Shown in pieces: positions 9,624 through 21,011 of a stretch of 29,200 nucleotides of DNA (position 1 is the stretch's first letter; each line of letters opens with the position of its first letter). The notes under the pieces were generated by a model that worked only from the letters and a program-made list of their open reading frames with translations, was not told the DNA's origin and searched no databases. This DNA is from an uncultured Syntrophomonas sp. (GTDB lineage Bacteria > Bacillota > Syntrophomonadia > Syntrophomonadales > Syntrophomonadaceae), in contig CAZEDT010000044.1 in assembly GCA_964510795.1 (NCBI GenBank), positions 5,076-34,275 of the forward strand, in the 5' to 3' direction. A program made the translations under genes and the position numbers.

Positions 9624-9845
9624 ATGGGCATAGCATTAGGAGCTGGTTTAGCCGTATCTATTGCAGGTCTAGGCGGCGGTGTTGGTATGGGTGTTGCCGG
9701 TGGTAAAGCCATCGAAGCCATTGCCAGACAACCTGAAGTCGGTGGAGACGTCAGAACCCTTATGTTTATTACCTTTGCTTTTATTGAAACGCTGACCATT
9801 TATGGTCTACTGATCGCATTCATGCTGGTTAGCAAAATGCAATAA
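9624..9845 (+). CDS. atpE: F1Fo ATP synthase subunit c (start corrected to the internal ATG; the upstream ATG contains the RBS)
   Basis: Hairpin protein with a glycine-rich helix 1 (GAGLAVSIAGLGGGVGMGVAGG) and the ion-binding carboxylate helix (FAFIETLTIYGLLIAFML). GGAGGGG 5 nt upstream of ATG 9624. Confidence 0.9.
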   Translation: MGIALGAGLAVSIAGLGGGVGMGVAGGKAIEAIARQPEVGGDVRTLMFITFAFIETLTIYGLLIAFMLVSKMQ

Positions 9846-9959
9846 AGGTATATCGTTGACTTACCATGTGAGGGCGATAGAGCAAGGCAATGTTATAACA
9901 ACAGTAAATGCTCTATCGCCCTTAAAACAATTAGCTCTTAGAATGGAGGTAGCACATCC

Positions 9960-10580
9960 GTGAAAAGGAACAAATGGGTTTACTTATCTGGCCTCCTTTT
10001 AGCCTTGATTATGGTGATGGGATTTGCCACCTTGTGCATGGCTTCAGGCGCAGGAAACGCTCCAATTGAAGCACCTGTTGGGAAACCCCCTGTATTTGGC
10101 AGCTTGTATGTAATTGGCTGGACAGCAGTCAACTTTTTTGTACTGTTAGCCCTTCTATACAAGTTTGCTTTTAATCCAATCAATCAGATGTTGGAACAGC
10201 GGGCTAATACCATTGAAAGTTCAATTAAGCATGCAGAAGAGGTAAAAGTAGAAGTAGATCAGCTCAGGAAAGAAACACAGGCTAACCTGGCCGAATCCCG
10301 TAAAGAAGCCCAGGAAATTATTGCCCGGGCCACCAAAGCGGCAGAAGATGCCAAAATTGAAATTGCTGCCAAAGCACAGGAAGAAGCTGCGAACATGAAA
10401 GCCAAGGCCAAAGCTGAGATCGAAGCAGCCACTGAGGCAGCTAAACTAGAACTCAGAGACACTGCCGCAACGCTGGCTATGATGGCAGCCGAAAAAGTCC
10501 TGGGTAGAGCAATTACTGAAGAAGACCATAAGAAAATGGTCAAAGAATTTGTTAACGAAGCGGGCGATTTTCTATGCTAA
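9960..10580 (+). CDS. atpF: F1Fo ATP synthase subunit b, with a ~40-aa N-terminal hydrophobic, signal-like extension
   Basis: 206 aa. One membrane anchor (WTAVNFFVLLALLYKFAFNPI) followed by a long Ala/Glu/Lys-rich helix typical of b subunits. GTG start. Confidence 0.85.
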   Translation: MKRNKWVYLSGLLLALIMVMGFATLCMASGAGNAPIEAPVGKPPVFGSLYVIGWTAVNFFVLLALLYKFAFNPINQMLEQRANTIESSIKHAEEVKVEVDQLRKETQANLAESRKEAQEIIARATKAAEDAKIEIAAKAQEEAANMKAKAKAEIEAATEAAKLELRDTAATLAMMAAEKVLGRAITEEDHKKMVKEFVNEAGDFLC

Positions 10581-11122
10581 ATAAAAGCGTCGCTAGGCGC
10601 TATGCTGAAGCGTTTTTTAGCATTGCCCAGGAAGCCAACAAGATTGATGAATACCAGGTAGAAATGGAAAAGGTCATTCAAGCGATTACTGAGGTTGAAG
10701 GTTTAAAAGTCTATCTGGGTCATCTTCTAGTCCCGGTCAAGGAAAAGAAGGAGTTAGTCCAGAAGATTTTTGCTGAGCAGCTTTCACCAATGACTATGAA
10801 CTTTTTGCTTATGGTCATTGATAAAAGACGGGAAAGCTATCTAGAAGTTATATATAAGGAATTTGTAGATATGGCTGACGAATCCCGCGGCATAAAGAAG
10901 GCAGAACTAATTGCCGCTCGGGATGTTCCTGAACAGGAACTTGCCGATCTAGCGCAAAGATTATCCAGTTCTACCGGCAAAAAGGTAATATTAAAACTAA
11001 CGGTCGACCCGGCCCTCCTGGGAGGAGTCAAGATACGAATGGGTGACCAGATAGTTGATGGCACGGTTGCTAAGAAACTGCAGATGTTAAAAAATAACCT
11101 CAAGCAAGCAAAGATAAGTTAA
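10574..11122 (+). CDS. atpH: F1Fo ATP synthase subunit delta (OSCP)
   Basis: 182 aa. N-terminus VARRYAEAFFSIA is OSCP-like. Overlaps the atpF stop. Position in the operon. Confidence 0.85.
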   Translation: MLNKSVARRYAEAFFSIAQEANKIDEYQVEMEKVIQAITEVEGLKVYLGHLLVPVKEKKELVQKIFAEQLSPMTMNFLLMVIDKRRESYLEVIYKEFVDMADESRGIKKAELIAARDVPEQELADLAQRLSSSTGKKVILKLTVDPALLGGVKIRMGDQIVDGTVAKKLQMLKNNLKQAKIS

Positions 11123-11144
11123 TTCGATAGGGGTGAGCACGTAA

Positions 11145-12659
<1,515 letters not shown>

Positions 12660-12672
12660 GTGGTGAGTGTAA

Positions 12673-13560
12673 ATGGCAGGTGCAGGAGTAAGAGAATTTA
12701 AGCGTAGAATACGAAGCGTTAAAAACACTCAGCAGATTACCAAAGCGATGAAAATGGTTGCGGCAGCTAAGTTGAGAAAAGCTCAGGAACGGGCTGAAGC
12801 GTCCCGACCTTATACAGAAACACTTCAAGGAACGCTGGCCAGGTTGGCTGCTCTATCCACTGACGTGGAGCATCCACTGCTGGTTAAAAGGGAAGAGGTT
12901 CGTAAAGTAGGTTATATAGTTGTAACCTCAGACCGCGGACTATGTGGTGGTTATAATACTAACATTCTTAGGGTTGTTAATGAGGCTATAGCTGCGGATG
13001 ATAGAAAAATCGAAAATGGTATAATAGCTGTTGGCCGGAAAGGCCGAGATTTTTATCGTAAACGCACTGGGCTGGATGCCGAATATACAAATTTAGGTGA
13101 TAGTGTTAATTATGCAGATGCAAGAGAAATCGCTGAATATGTCATCAATGCCTATGAGAATGAAGAGCTGGATGAAGTATATCTCGTTTATTCACGCTTT
13201 ATAAATGTTCTGCGGCAGGTTCCGACAGTAACCAAACTGCTCCCCATAGAAACACTGGAGGAGGAGCAAACCGACAAGCCGGAAAAATATGTGGAATACA
13301 TTTACGAACCCAGTGCAGAGCTCATTCTACTGACCTTGTTACCAAGGTATGTAGGTAGCCAGGTGTACCACGCCATGCTGGAAGGCAAAGCCAGTGAACT
13401 CGGCGCGAAATTGACAGCCATGGGCAATGCCACCCAAAATGCAGGCGAGATCATTGATGACCTGACCCGGCAGATGAACAAGGTCAGACAGTCAGCCATA
13501 ACTGACGAAATTCTTGACATTGTTGGTGGTGCCGAAGCTCTCAATAAAGGAGGAAAGTAG
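12673..13560 (+). CDS. atpG: F1Fo ATP synthase subunit gamma
   Basis: 295 aa. N-terminus IRSVKNTQQITKAMKMVAAAKLRKAQ and C-terminal helix QMNKVRQSAITDEILDIVGGAEAL are gamma hallmarks. Confidence 0.95.
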   Translation: MAGAGVREFKRRIRSVKNTQQITKAMKMVAAAKLRKAQERAEASRPYTETLQGTLARLAALSTDVEHPLLVKREEVRKVGYIVVTSDRGLCGGYNTNILRVVNEAIAADDRKIENGIIAVGRKGRDFYRKRTGLDAEYTNLGDSVNYADAREIAEYVINAYENEELDEVYLVYSRFINVLRQVPTVTKLLPIETLEEEQTDKPEKYVEYIYEPSAELILLTLLPRYVGSQVYHAMLEGKASELGAKLTAMGNATQNAGEIIDDLTRQMNKVRQSAITDEILDIVGGAEALNKGGK

Positions 13561-14994
<1,434 letters not shown>

Positions 14995-14997
14995 TCT

Positions 14998-15417
14998 ATG
15001 GCAGACAATACCTTCATGGTTGAAATCGTGACTCCCGAGGAGATTCTCTTCAAGAACGAAGTGCAGTTTATAGTCGTTCCTGAATTGAACGGTGAGCTGG
15101 GTGTCCTGAAAAATCACGCTCCCATGATTGCCGCACTGGATGTGGGAGTACTAAGGTATACCGACCCGGACGGAAAGGTTAAGAAAATCGCCCTGAGCGG
15201 CGGCTTTATGGAAGTTATCTATAATGAAGTTCGCGTTCTGGCTGAAACGGCTGAGCATGGATCAGAGATAGATATTCTTCGGGCTAAAGCTGCTAAAGAA
15301 AGAGCTGAAAAGCGCTTGCAGCTGCGGGATGACAATATTAACTCGGGTCGAGCCGAAATGTCGCTAAAGAGAGCTGTAAACAGACTTAAAGCGGCCGAAG
15401 CCCTTGTCAAGGAATAA
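14998..15417 (+). CDS. atpC: F1Fo ATP synthase subunit epsilon
   Basis: 139 aa. N-terminal beta-sandwich start (FMVEIVTPEEILF) and a C-terminal helical hairpin. Last gene of the operon. Confidence 0.95.
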   Translation: MADNTFMVEIVTPEEILFKNEVQFIVVPELNGELGVLKNHAPMIAALDVGVLRYTDPDGKVKKIALSGGFMEVIYNEVRVLAETAEHGSEIDILRAKAAKERAEKRLQLRDDNINSGRAEMSLKRAVNRLKAAEALVKE

Positions 15418-15427
15418 TAATGTACTG

Positions 15428-15465
15428 AAGCCGGAAGGTTATATACCTTCCGGCTTTGGATTCTA
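15428..15465 (+). terminator. Rho-independent terminator of the atp operon
   Basis: Perfect 12-bp stem aagccggaaggt / accttccggctt with loop tatat, then a T-rich tail (tttggattct). Confidence 0.6.
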
Positions 15466-15550
15466 CTATAAAACCTACCGTAACATTCGCTGCTAAATAT
15501 CATCAACATCATTTTAATAAGGAAAACCAATCCACATCTTAAGTCAGCGG

Positions 15551-15784
15551 ACCACCTTAATAGTATCACGCAGTGATACATAAGTAGACACGGGGCAATC
15601 TAAATAGTATGATACATCAGTAGTCCAGGGGGCAACCTTAATAGTGATCTTTTAGATCACATCAGTAGTCCAGAGGGCAACCTTAATAGTGATCTTTTAG
15701 ATCACATCAGTAGTCCAGAGGGCAACCTTAATAGTGATCTTTTAGATCACATCAGTAGTCCAGAGGGCAATAATAGTACAGGGG
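15551..15784. repeat. Tandem direct repeat array, period 45 bp, about 5.5 copies. Three near-identical copies at 15636-15770; two degenerate copies at 15551-15635. Each unit carries a short palindrome (GTGATC-TTTTA-GATCAC, or TATCAC-GCA-GTGATA in the degenerate copy).
   Basis: Seen in sequence. The unit CCTTAATAGTGATCTTTTAGATCACATCAGTAGTCCAGAGGGCAA recurs at 15636, 15681 and 15726, with a partial copy at 15771. Each unit has two GATC sites. Confidence 0.9.
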
Positions 15785-15793
15785 TAATTTGCC

Positions 15794-16018
15794 ATGGAAA
15801 AAGCGATGATCCTGAAGGCCCTGATAATAGCTATATTGGTTTACTATTTAATGAAGGGTATACTCTACCTGCTTCTCTGGCAGGTCTTGGCTAAAATTGA
15901 GGAGCGGGGGAAGGAAAGAGCTACCAAGGCAAGAAATGTGATAATGGAAAAACGCAGACTTAGAGATGAACAGGAAGCTGAATTGCGAAAGGTTCAGGAA
16001 GAAAGAAAGTACTATTAG
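15794..16018 (+). CDS. Small membrane protein: one TM helix plus a Lys/Arg/Glu-rich helical tail. Possibly YwzB/DUF1146-like, judged by its position between atpC and murA.
   Basis: 74 aa. Hydrophobic segment ALIIAILVYYLMKGILYLLLW, then a charged tail (...RRLRDEQEAELRKVQEERKYY). GGGG 9 nt upstream. No match to a known family could be verified. Confidence 0.45.
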   Translation: MEKAMILKALIIAILVYYLMKGILYLLLWQVLAKIEERGKERATKARNVIMEKRRLRDEQEAELRKVQEERKYY

Positions 16019-16099
16019 CTTTTATAAATGAGTATAATTAACTATGGTTTATGTACATTGAGACGCTATATTTATGAAGATCAAAACGGGGTGAAGTAT

Positions 16100-16303
16100 A
16101 TGCAAACCAAATTTCTTATATTGATAGCGCTAGTATTTTTTATTACGGCAGGCTTTTGTGTCTTGATCTGGCAGCAGACCATCAGATTTGAAAAAAAAGC
16201 TCTGGCAGCCAAACAGCGCCAGAAGGATTACGAGCGGGAGCTCAGGCAGAAGCTGCATGAGGAACGCAAGGCCACCATGAATGCTAACCCTGAGGAATCC
16301 TAA
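16100..16303 (+). CDS. Second small membrane protein, paralog-like to the preceding one (TM helix plus a charged ER-rich tail). Start set at the internal ATG 16100, which has the RBS; the ORF track gives 16028.
   Basis: 67 aa from ATG 16100 (MQTKFLILIALVFFITAGFCVLIW, then ...KDYERELRQKLHEERK). GGGGTGA 7 nt upstream of 16100. Confidence 0.4.
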   Translation: MQTKFLILIALVFFITAGFCVLIWQQTIRFEKKALAAKQRQKDYERELRQKLHEERKATMNANPEES

Positions 16304-16398
16304 TTAGACTTCTGATGAGCCTGAATAGGTGAGAAAAGATATGACCATTAGGGAATGGATGCATATTGATTTCATAAGAATTAGAGAACTCTATTAAT

Positions 16399-16431
16399 AA
16401 AAAAAACCTGACCTGGTCAGGTTTTTTTTTG
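16399..16431. terminator. Bidirectional rho-independent terminator (A-run, perfect stem aacctgacc/ggtcaggtt, T-run)
   Basis: Seen in sequence: aaaaaaaacctgacctggtcaggttttttttt. Confidence 0.7.
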
Positions 16432-16514
16432 CAGCTATTCCGTATACAATCAGAATAAATATCCATAGCTCTGGCAAGAATCCAGGTAAGTGTTCATAAG
16501 GGGAGGTTGTCAGA

Positions 16515-17246
16515 GTGAGGAGGATATTTTTATATCTAAGTATTTTCATTATATTGTGTTTTTTTGCTGATTTTGCTATTAAATATTCAATTGCCAAGCA
16601 AATTAACGATCAATCGCCATATTGCCTATCATTTGCATCAATCGGTGCAAATTTGCTTGAATCCAGATTAGATTGTTGGGCAAAAATAGATACAGTAAAT
16701 ACTTTTGAAGAGATGGATCTGGAATTATTAAATATCTTAACTCTCCTTGATCTACCAGTAGAAGAAGAAAAATTCCTTCACCAGGAGCTTAACGGAAAAA
16801 AAACGCTTCGCTACGAATTGCTCCAAAATAATCAAAGCTACTTATTTACTCTCCAGACCGAATCACAGAAAAGCTATTTTATGCTAAGCACTATTTCTAA
16901 CCAAAATGACCAAAAAATGCGTGAAGATGAAAAGAAAATACAAAATCAATTGCATTGCCAATCCTATTTTCATTACCAGGGAATAGTTAATGCTCGTTTG
17001 GATAAAGCGGGTAGGGAGAAACTGGTTCAGGTAATTACCAAAGGCTTAAAAGCAGATGTGCAAGACCAATATGAGGATGAAAATTTAATAAGTGTAACAG
17101 CCTATAGTCCGCAGCTGTTATCAAAGGTACATACTGTACAAGTTGCTGATAAGTCTTATAACGTACAGTTAGTATTGCGAAGTGATGAGACAAAAAACCA
17201 GACTTATATTTATATGGGATTTCCGTTGTTACTAAATGATTATTAA
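16515..17246 (+). CDS. Secreted or membrane-anchored hypothetical protein. Positional equivalent of B. subtilis YwmB (DUF1779), which lies directly upstream of murAA.
   Basis: 243 aa. N-terminal signal/TM (IFLYLSIFIILCFFADFAI). GTG start with GGGAGG 8 nt upstream. The family assignment rests on synteny only. Confidence 0.45.
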   Translation: MRRIFLYLSIFIILCFFADFAIKYSIAKQINDQSPYCLSFASIGANLLESRLDCWAKIDTVNTFEEMDLELLNILTLLDLPVEEEKFLHQELNGKKTLRYELLQNNQSYLFTLQTESQKSYFMLSTISNQNDQKMREDEKKIQNQLHCQSYFHYQGIVNARLDKAGREKLVQVITKGLKADVQDQYEDENLISVTAYSPQLLSKVHTVQVADKSYNVQLVLRSDETKNQTYIYMGFPLLLNDY

Positions 17247-17296
17247 TAAATAATTTATACTGTGGTTGTTACAACCAGGGAGGTGATCGTAGGGCA

Positions 17297-18538
17297 TTGG
17301 ATATGATGATACAAGGCCAAGTTCATTTAAAAAACGAAGTTGAAATAGGTTCTTCCAAGAACGCAATTCTACCTATTATAGCAGCATCTATTCTGAGTGA
17401 TGATGAAGTAATTATTAATAAGGTTCCTGATATTAAAGATGTAAGTACTATTACGCAGATAATCCAAGCCTTGGATAAGCAAGTTTATCATCAGGATCGC
17501 CAGTTGATATTTAGAGAGAAATCATTGGAGACTCATCCACCCTACGAATTGGTCAGGCAAATGCGAGCATCATTTCTGCTAATGGGACCACTTCTTTCTC
17601 GCTATGGTAAAGTACGCATATCGCTTCCTGGAGGATGTGCAATTGGTAATCGTCCTATTGATCTACATTTAAAAGGTTTTCATGCACTGGGTGCAGATAT
17701 CAGTTTTAGTGGCGGCGATGTAATTGCTGAAGTTAATAAACTGGAAGGAAATCATATTTACCTAGACTATCCAAGTGTAGGAGCAACAGAGAATATTCTA
17801 ATGGCAGCATCTTTAGCCAATGGAACCAGTTATATTGAGAATGCTGCACTTGAACCGGAAATAGTGGATTTAGCAAATTTTGTTAATCATATGGGGGGTA
17901 AAATCAGCGGAGCAGGTACGAATGTAATCAAAATTCAAGGAGTAAACGAACTTCACGGTTGTGAATATATACCTATTCCGGACCGAATTGAGGCTGGAAC
18001 TTATATGTTGGCAGTAGCAGCTACCGGAGGAGAGGCAATAATAAAAAATGTAATACCTGAACATCTTAAAGCAATTAGTGCCAAGCTGGAGGAAACAGGT
18101 GCTGAAATAAGCGAAGATGCTAATAGCATAAGGGTTAAAAGGAAATCACAGATTAAACCGGTTTATATTAAAACACTTCCTTATCCAGGTTTTCCAACCG
18201 ATATGCAAGCCCAATTTATGAGTTATTTAAGCTTGGCCAGCGGTACTAGTGTTATAAGCGAATCTGTATTTGAAAATCGTTATATGCATGTACAAGAATT
18301 ATTAAGAATGGGTGCCGACATAAAAACTGAAGGTAAGACAGCCATAATTAGAGGCGTAAAAGAACTCACCGGTGCTCAGGTTAAGTCAACTGATTTAAGA
18401 GCGGGTGCAGCTTTAATTATAGCTGGGATGGCTGCCCAGGGTAATACAATATTAACCGGGCTTGAACATGTCGAACGGGGGTATGAGGATATCTTAAATA
18501 AACTTAATGCCATGGGAGCCAATATTAAACAGATGTAA
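17297..18538 (+). CDS. murA: UDP-N-acetylglucosamine 1-carboxyvinyltransferase
   Basis: 413 aa. Active-site cysteine loop LPGGCAIGNRPIDLH. SKNAILPIIAASIL near the N-terminus. TTG start with GGGAGG upstream. Confidence 0.95.
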   Translation: MDMMIQGQVHLKNEVEIGSSKNAILPIIAASILSDDEVIINKVPDIKDVSTITQIIQALDKQVYHQDRQLIFREKSLETHPPYELVRQMRASFLLMGPLLSRYGKVRISLPGGCAIGNRPIDLHLKGFHALGADISFSGGDVIAEVNKLEGNHIYLDYPSVGATENILMAASLANGTSYIENAALEPEIVDLANFVNHMGGKISGAGTNVIKIQGVNELHGCEYIPIPDRIEAGTYMLAVAATGGEAIIKNVIPEHLKAISAKLEETGAEISEDANSIRVKRKSQIKPVYIKTLPYPGFPTDMQAQFMSYLSLASGTSVISESVFENRYMHVQELLRMGADIKTEGKTAIIRGVKELTGAQVKSTDLRAGAALIIAGMAAQGNTILTGLEHVERGYEDILNKLNAMGANIKQM

Positions 18539-18564
18539 TAGACTACGTACCCGGATTAACAATG

Positions 18565-18600
18565 AAGGAACATAGCATAGCTGCTATGTTCCTTTCATAT
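18565..18600 (+). terminator. Terminator-like hairpin after murA
   Basis: 12-bp perfect stem aaggaacatagc / gctatgttcctt followed by tcatattt. Confidence 0.45.
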
Positions 18601-18609
18601 TTATGAGAT

Positions 18610-19521
18610 ATGAAAAAATATTTTTGGGTAATAGGCTTATTATTAATATTCATTTTGTTTCAAATATTAAAGCCAGAGATACAAAAAACTGATAATGATC
18701 AGATTCCAGAGCCAGAACTTAGCCTATACCTCCATGAACAGAATAAAACCATGACCTTGGCTCTGGAGGATTATATTGTTGGTACTGTAGCAGCTGAAAT
18801 GCCAGCTTCTTTTGGCATGGAGGCATTAAAGGCGCAGGCTGTATGCGCACGCACTTATGCGCTGAAAAAACTTATTGACAAGCACCCCTACCCACAGAGT
18901 GCCGATCTTTCAGATGATATTAATAGTTGTCAGGCCTTTCGTGATGTGTTTTCCTCCCAGAGCAGCCAAATGGATAAAGAAAGCTTGGAAAGGGTTAAGG
19001 AAGCGGTACGACTGACTCGGGGCGAAATTCTACTGTATCACTCCCAACCCATCGATGCCATGTACCATTCGACCTGCGGTGGTAAAACGGATAGCGCCTG
19101 GGGTAATGCTAGTCAGGTTCCTTATTTACATACCGTCAAATGTAGTTATTGCAGGGAATCTCCACACTACTTCGAAGTCAGAAAGTTTAATAACGAAACC
19201 ATAAATGCTCTGGTAGGGGATCGTGGTACTGACCTGAAAATAGAAGTATTATCACGTACCCCAGGGGGGCGGGTTAATCAGCTTAGTATCAATGGGAAAA
19301 AAATATATGCGGCCAAGTTACGGCAGGAGCTTAATTTACCATCGCAGTGGATTTCCTTCCATATTGATAATAAACAGACCAGGATTAGTACTAGAGGTTA
19401 CGGACATGGCATAGGTTTATGCCAATATGGTGCGGCTGGCATGGCGGCTGAAGGGAAAAGCTACCAGCAAATTTTGCAGCATTATTATGCCGATGTCAAT
19501 TTATACAAAATACCTTATTAG
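18610..19521 (+). CDS. spoIID: Stage II sporulation protein D (SpoIID lytic transglycosylase family)
   Basis: 303 aa. N-terminal anchor. Conserved SpoIID blocks (EDYIVGTVAAEMPASFGMEALKAQAVCARTYA; YHSTCGGKT; GHGIGLCQYGA). Confidence 0.9.
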   Translation: MKKYFWVIGLLLIFILFQILKPEIQKTDNDQIPEPELSLYLHEQNKTMTLALEDYIVGTVAAEMPASFGMEALKAQAVCARTYALKKLIDKHPYPQSADLSDDINSCQAFRDVFSSQSSQMDKESLERVKEAVRLTRGEILLYHSQPIDAMYHSTCGGKTDSAWGNASQVPYLHTVKCSYCRESPHYFEVRKFNNETINALVGDRGTDLKIEVLSRTPGGRVNQLSINGKKIYAAKLRQELNLPSQWISFHIDNKQTRISTRGYGHGIGLCQYGAAGMAAEGKSYQQILQHYYADVNLYKIPY

Positions 19522-19579
19522 GTCTTGATTTGAACCCTTTTGAATATATTGTAAGCAGAATCGAGAGAGGGGGAAGATC

Positions 19580-19849
19580 ATGCAAAACTATATTCGCAAA
19601 AGAGCGGTTAAGGTAGCCCAACATATTTTGCAAACATCTGATACTGTTCGGCAGACTGCAGAAATCTTCGGAATAAGCAAAAGCACCGTCCATAAAGATG
19701 TGGCTGAAAGACTACCTAGGATCAACGAGGAAATGGCAGAACAGGTTAAAGATATATTAGATAAAAATAAGGCTGAAAGGCATTTGCGAGGCGGAGAAGC
19801 TACCCGCAAAAAATATGCTCAGGCAAATGAACTTACTTTAGCAAAATAA
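19580..19849 (+). CDS. spoIIID: Stage III sporulation protein D (small HTH transcription factor)
   Basis: 89 aa. IGISKSTVHKD HTH and the C-terminal ...RHLRGGEATRKKY closely match SpoIIID. Confidence 0.9.
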   Translation: MQNYIRKRAVKVAQHILQTSDTVRQTAEIFGISKSTVHKDVAERLPRINEEMAEQVKDILDKNKAERHLRGGEATRKKYAQANELTLAK

Positions 19850-19914
19850 ATAGCCAGAAACCCTAAAAAAAGGTAGAATAAAAATTAAATATAAGTTACC
19901 GGGAGGCTATTGAT

Positions 19915-20940
19915 TTGTGCTTTGTTGAAGATATAGGAATTGATCTAGGAACCGCCAGTGTATTGGTTTTTAAAAAAGGTGAAGGCATTGTATTACATGA
20001 ACCATCAGTGGTAGCGATAGATAAAAATACTACCAAGGTGATCGCTGTTGGGGAAGAAGCCAGAGAGATGTTGGGCCGAACCCCTGGATATATAACCGCA
20101 ATACGTCCGCTTCGGGAAGGCGTAATAGCCGATTATGATACTACCGAAAAAATGCTTAGTTATTTTGTGAAAAGAGTACTGGGCAATAAACTATTCCTGA
20201 AACCGCGGGTAATAGTATGTATACCTACGGGAGCAACCGATGTAGAAGAAAGAGCAGTTCGCCAGGCTACATTGGCTGCAGGAGCCAAACGGGCCTATAT
20301 TATAGAAGAGCCTTTAGCTGCTGCCCTCGGTGCAGGAATTAACATCTCCGGAGCTACGGGCAATATGGTGGTAGACATCGGTGGTGGTACTTCGGATATT
20401 GCGGTATTAGCACTGGGAGGTATTGTTTGCAATACTTCGCTTCGAGTAGGTGGGGACAAGTTTGATGAGGCCTTGATACGTTATGTCCGCAAAGAGTATA
20501 ACTTGATGATAGGAGAGCGGACTGCTGAAGAAATAAAAATCCGCATCGGAACAGCCTGGGTTACGCCCGAAAACAAAGATCGCCAGATGGAAGTGCGTGG
20601 CAGGGATTTGGTTTCAGGATTGCCCAAAACCATAAATGTAACTTCTCAGGAAAGCTGGATGGCTTTAGAAGAACCTGTATATGCAGTCATTGATTCGGTG
20701 AAAAAGGTATTAGAAATAACCCCCCCCGAGCTGGCAGCTGATATAGTCAATAATGGGATTGTCATGACCGGAGGTGGTTCTTTATTGAACGGCTTTGATC
20801 TTCTCCTTTCCCAGGAAACTAATTTACCAGTCCATGTGGCCGAGGATGCAATTTCCTGTGTGGCTATTGGAACCGGCAAGGCTTTGAACGAGATTGAGAT
20901 TCTATCTAAAAGCGGACGAGGCCCCAAACGGTTATTTTAA
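19915..20940 (+). CDS. mbl: Rod-shape-determining actin homolog, MreB/Mbl family
   Basis: 341 aa. Phosphate-1 IGIDLGTA, phosphate-2 VVDIGGGTSDIAV, adenosine motif GIVMTGGGSLL. TTG start with GGGAGG 8 nt upstream. Follows spoIIID, as mbl does in B. subtilis. Confidence 0.88.
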   Translation: MCFVEDIGIDLGTASVLVFKKGEGIVLHEPSVVAIDKNTTKVIAVGEEAREMLGRTPGYITAIRPLREGVIADYDTTEKMLSYFVKRVLGNKLFLKPRVIVCIPTGATDVEERAVRQATLAAGAKRAYIIEEPLAAALGAGINISGATGNMVVDIGGGTSDIAVLALGGIVCNTSLRVGGDKFDEALIRYVRKEYNLMIGERTAEEIKIRIGTAWVTPENKDRQMEVRGRDLVSGLPKTINVTSQESWMALEEPVYAVIDSVKKVLEITPPELAADIVNNGIVMTGGGSLLNGFDLLLSQETNLPVHVAEDAISCVAIGTGKALNEIEILSKSGRGPKRLF

Positions 20941-21011
20941 CTAAAGGAATTGATTATTAGAGTCGATATCAATATCAATGACTTTTCTTATGGAAAATGG
21001 AGGATGTCAGT

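Noticed and set aside
15551-15784. Possible CRISPR array (regularly spaced repeats with palindromes)
   Set aside because: The entire 45-bp unit is repeated head-to-tail with no unique spacers between copies. CRISPR requires conserved repeats alternating with variable spacers, so this is a simple tandem repeat.
16304-16514. Possible promoter TTGCAG-N10-TACAAT downstream of the bidirectional terminator
   Set aside because: Spacer is far too short (10 bp) for a sigma-A promoter. Left unannotated.
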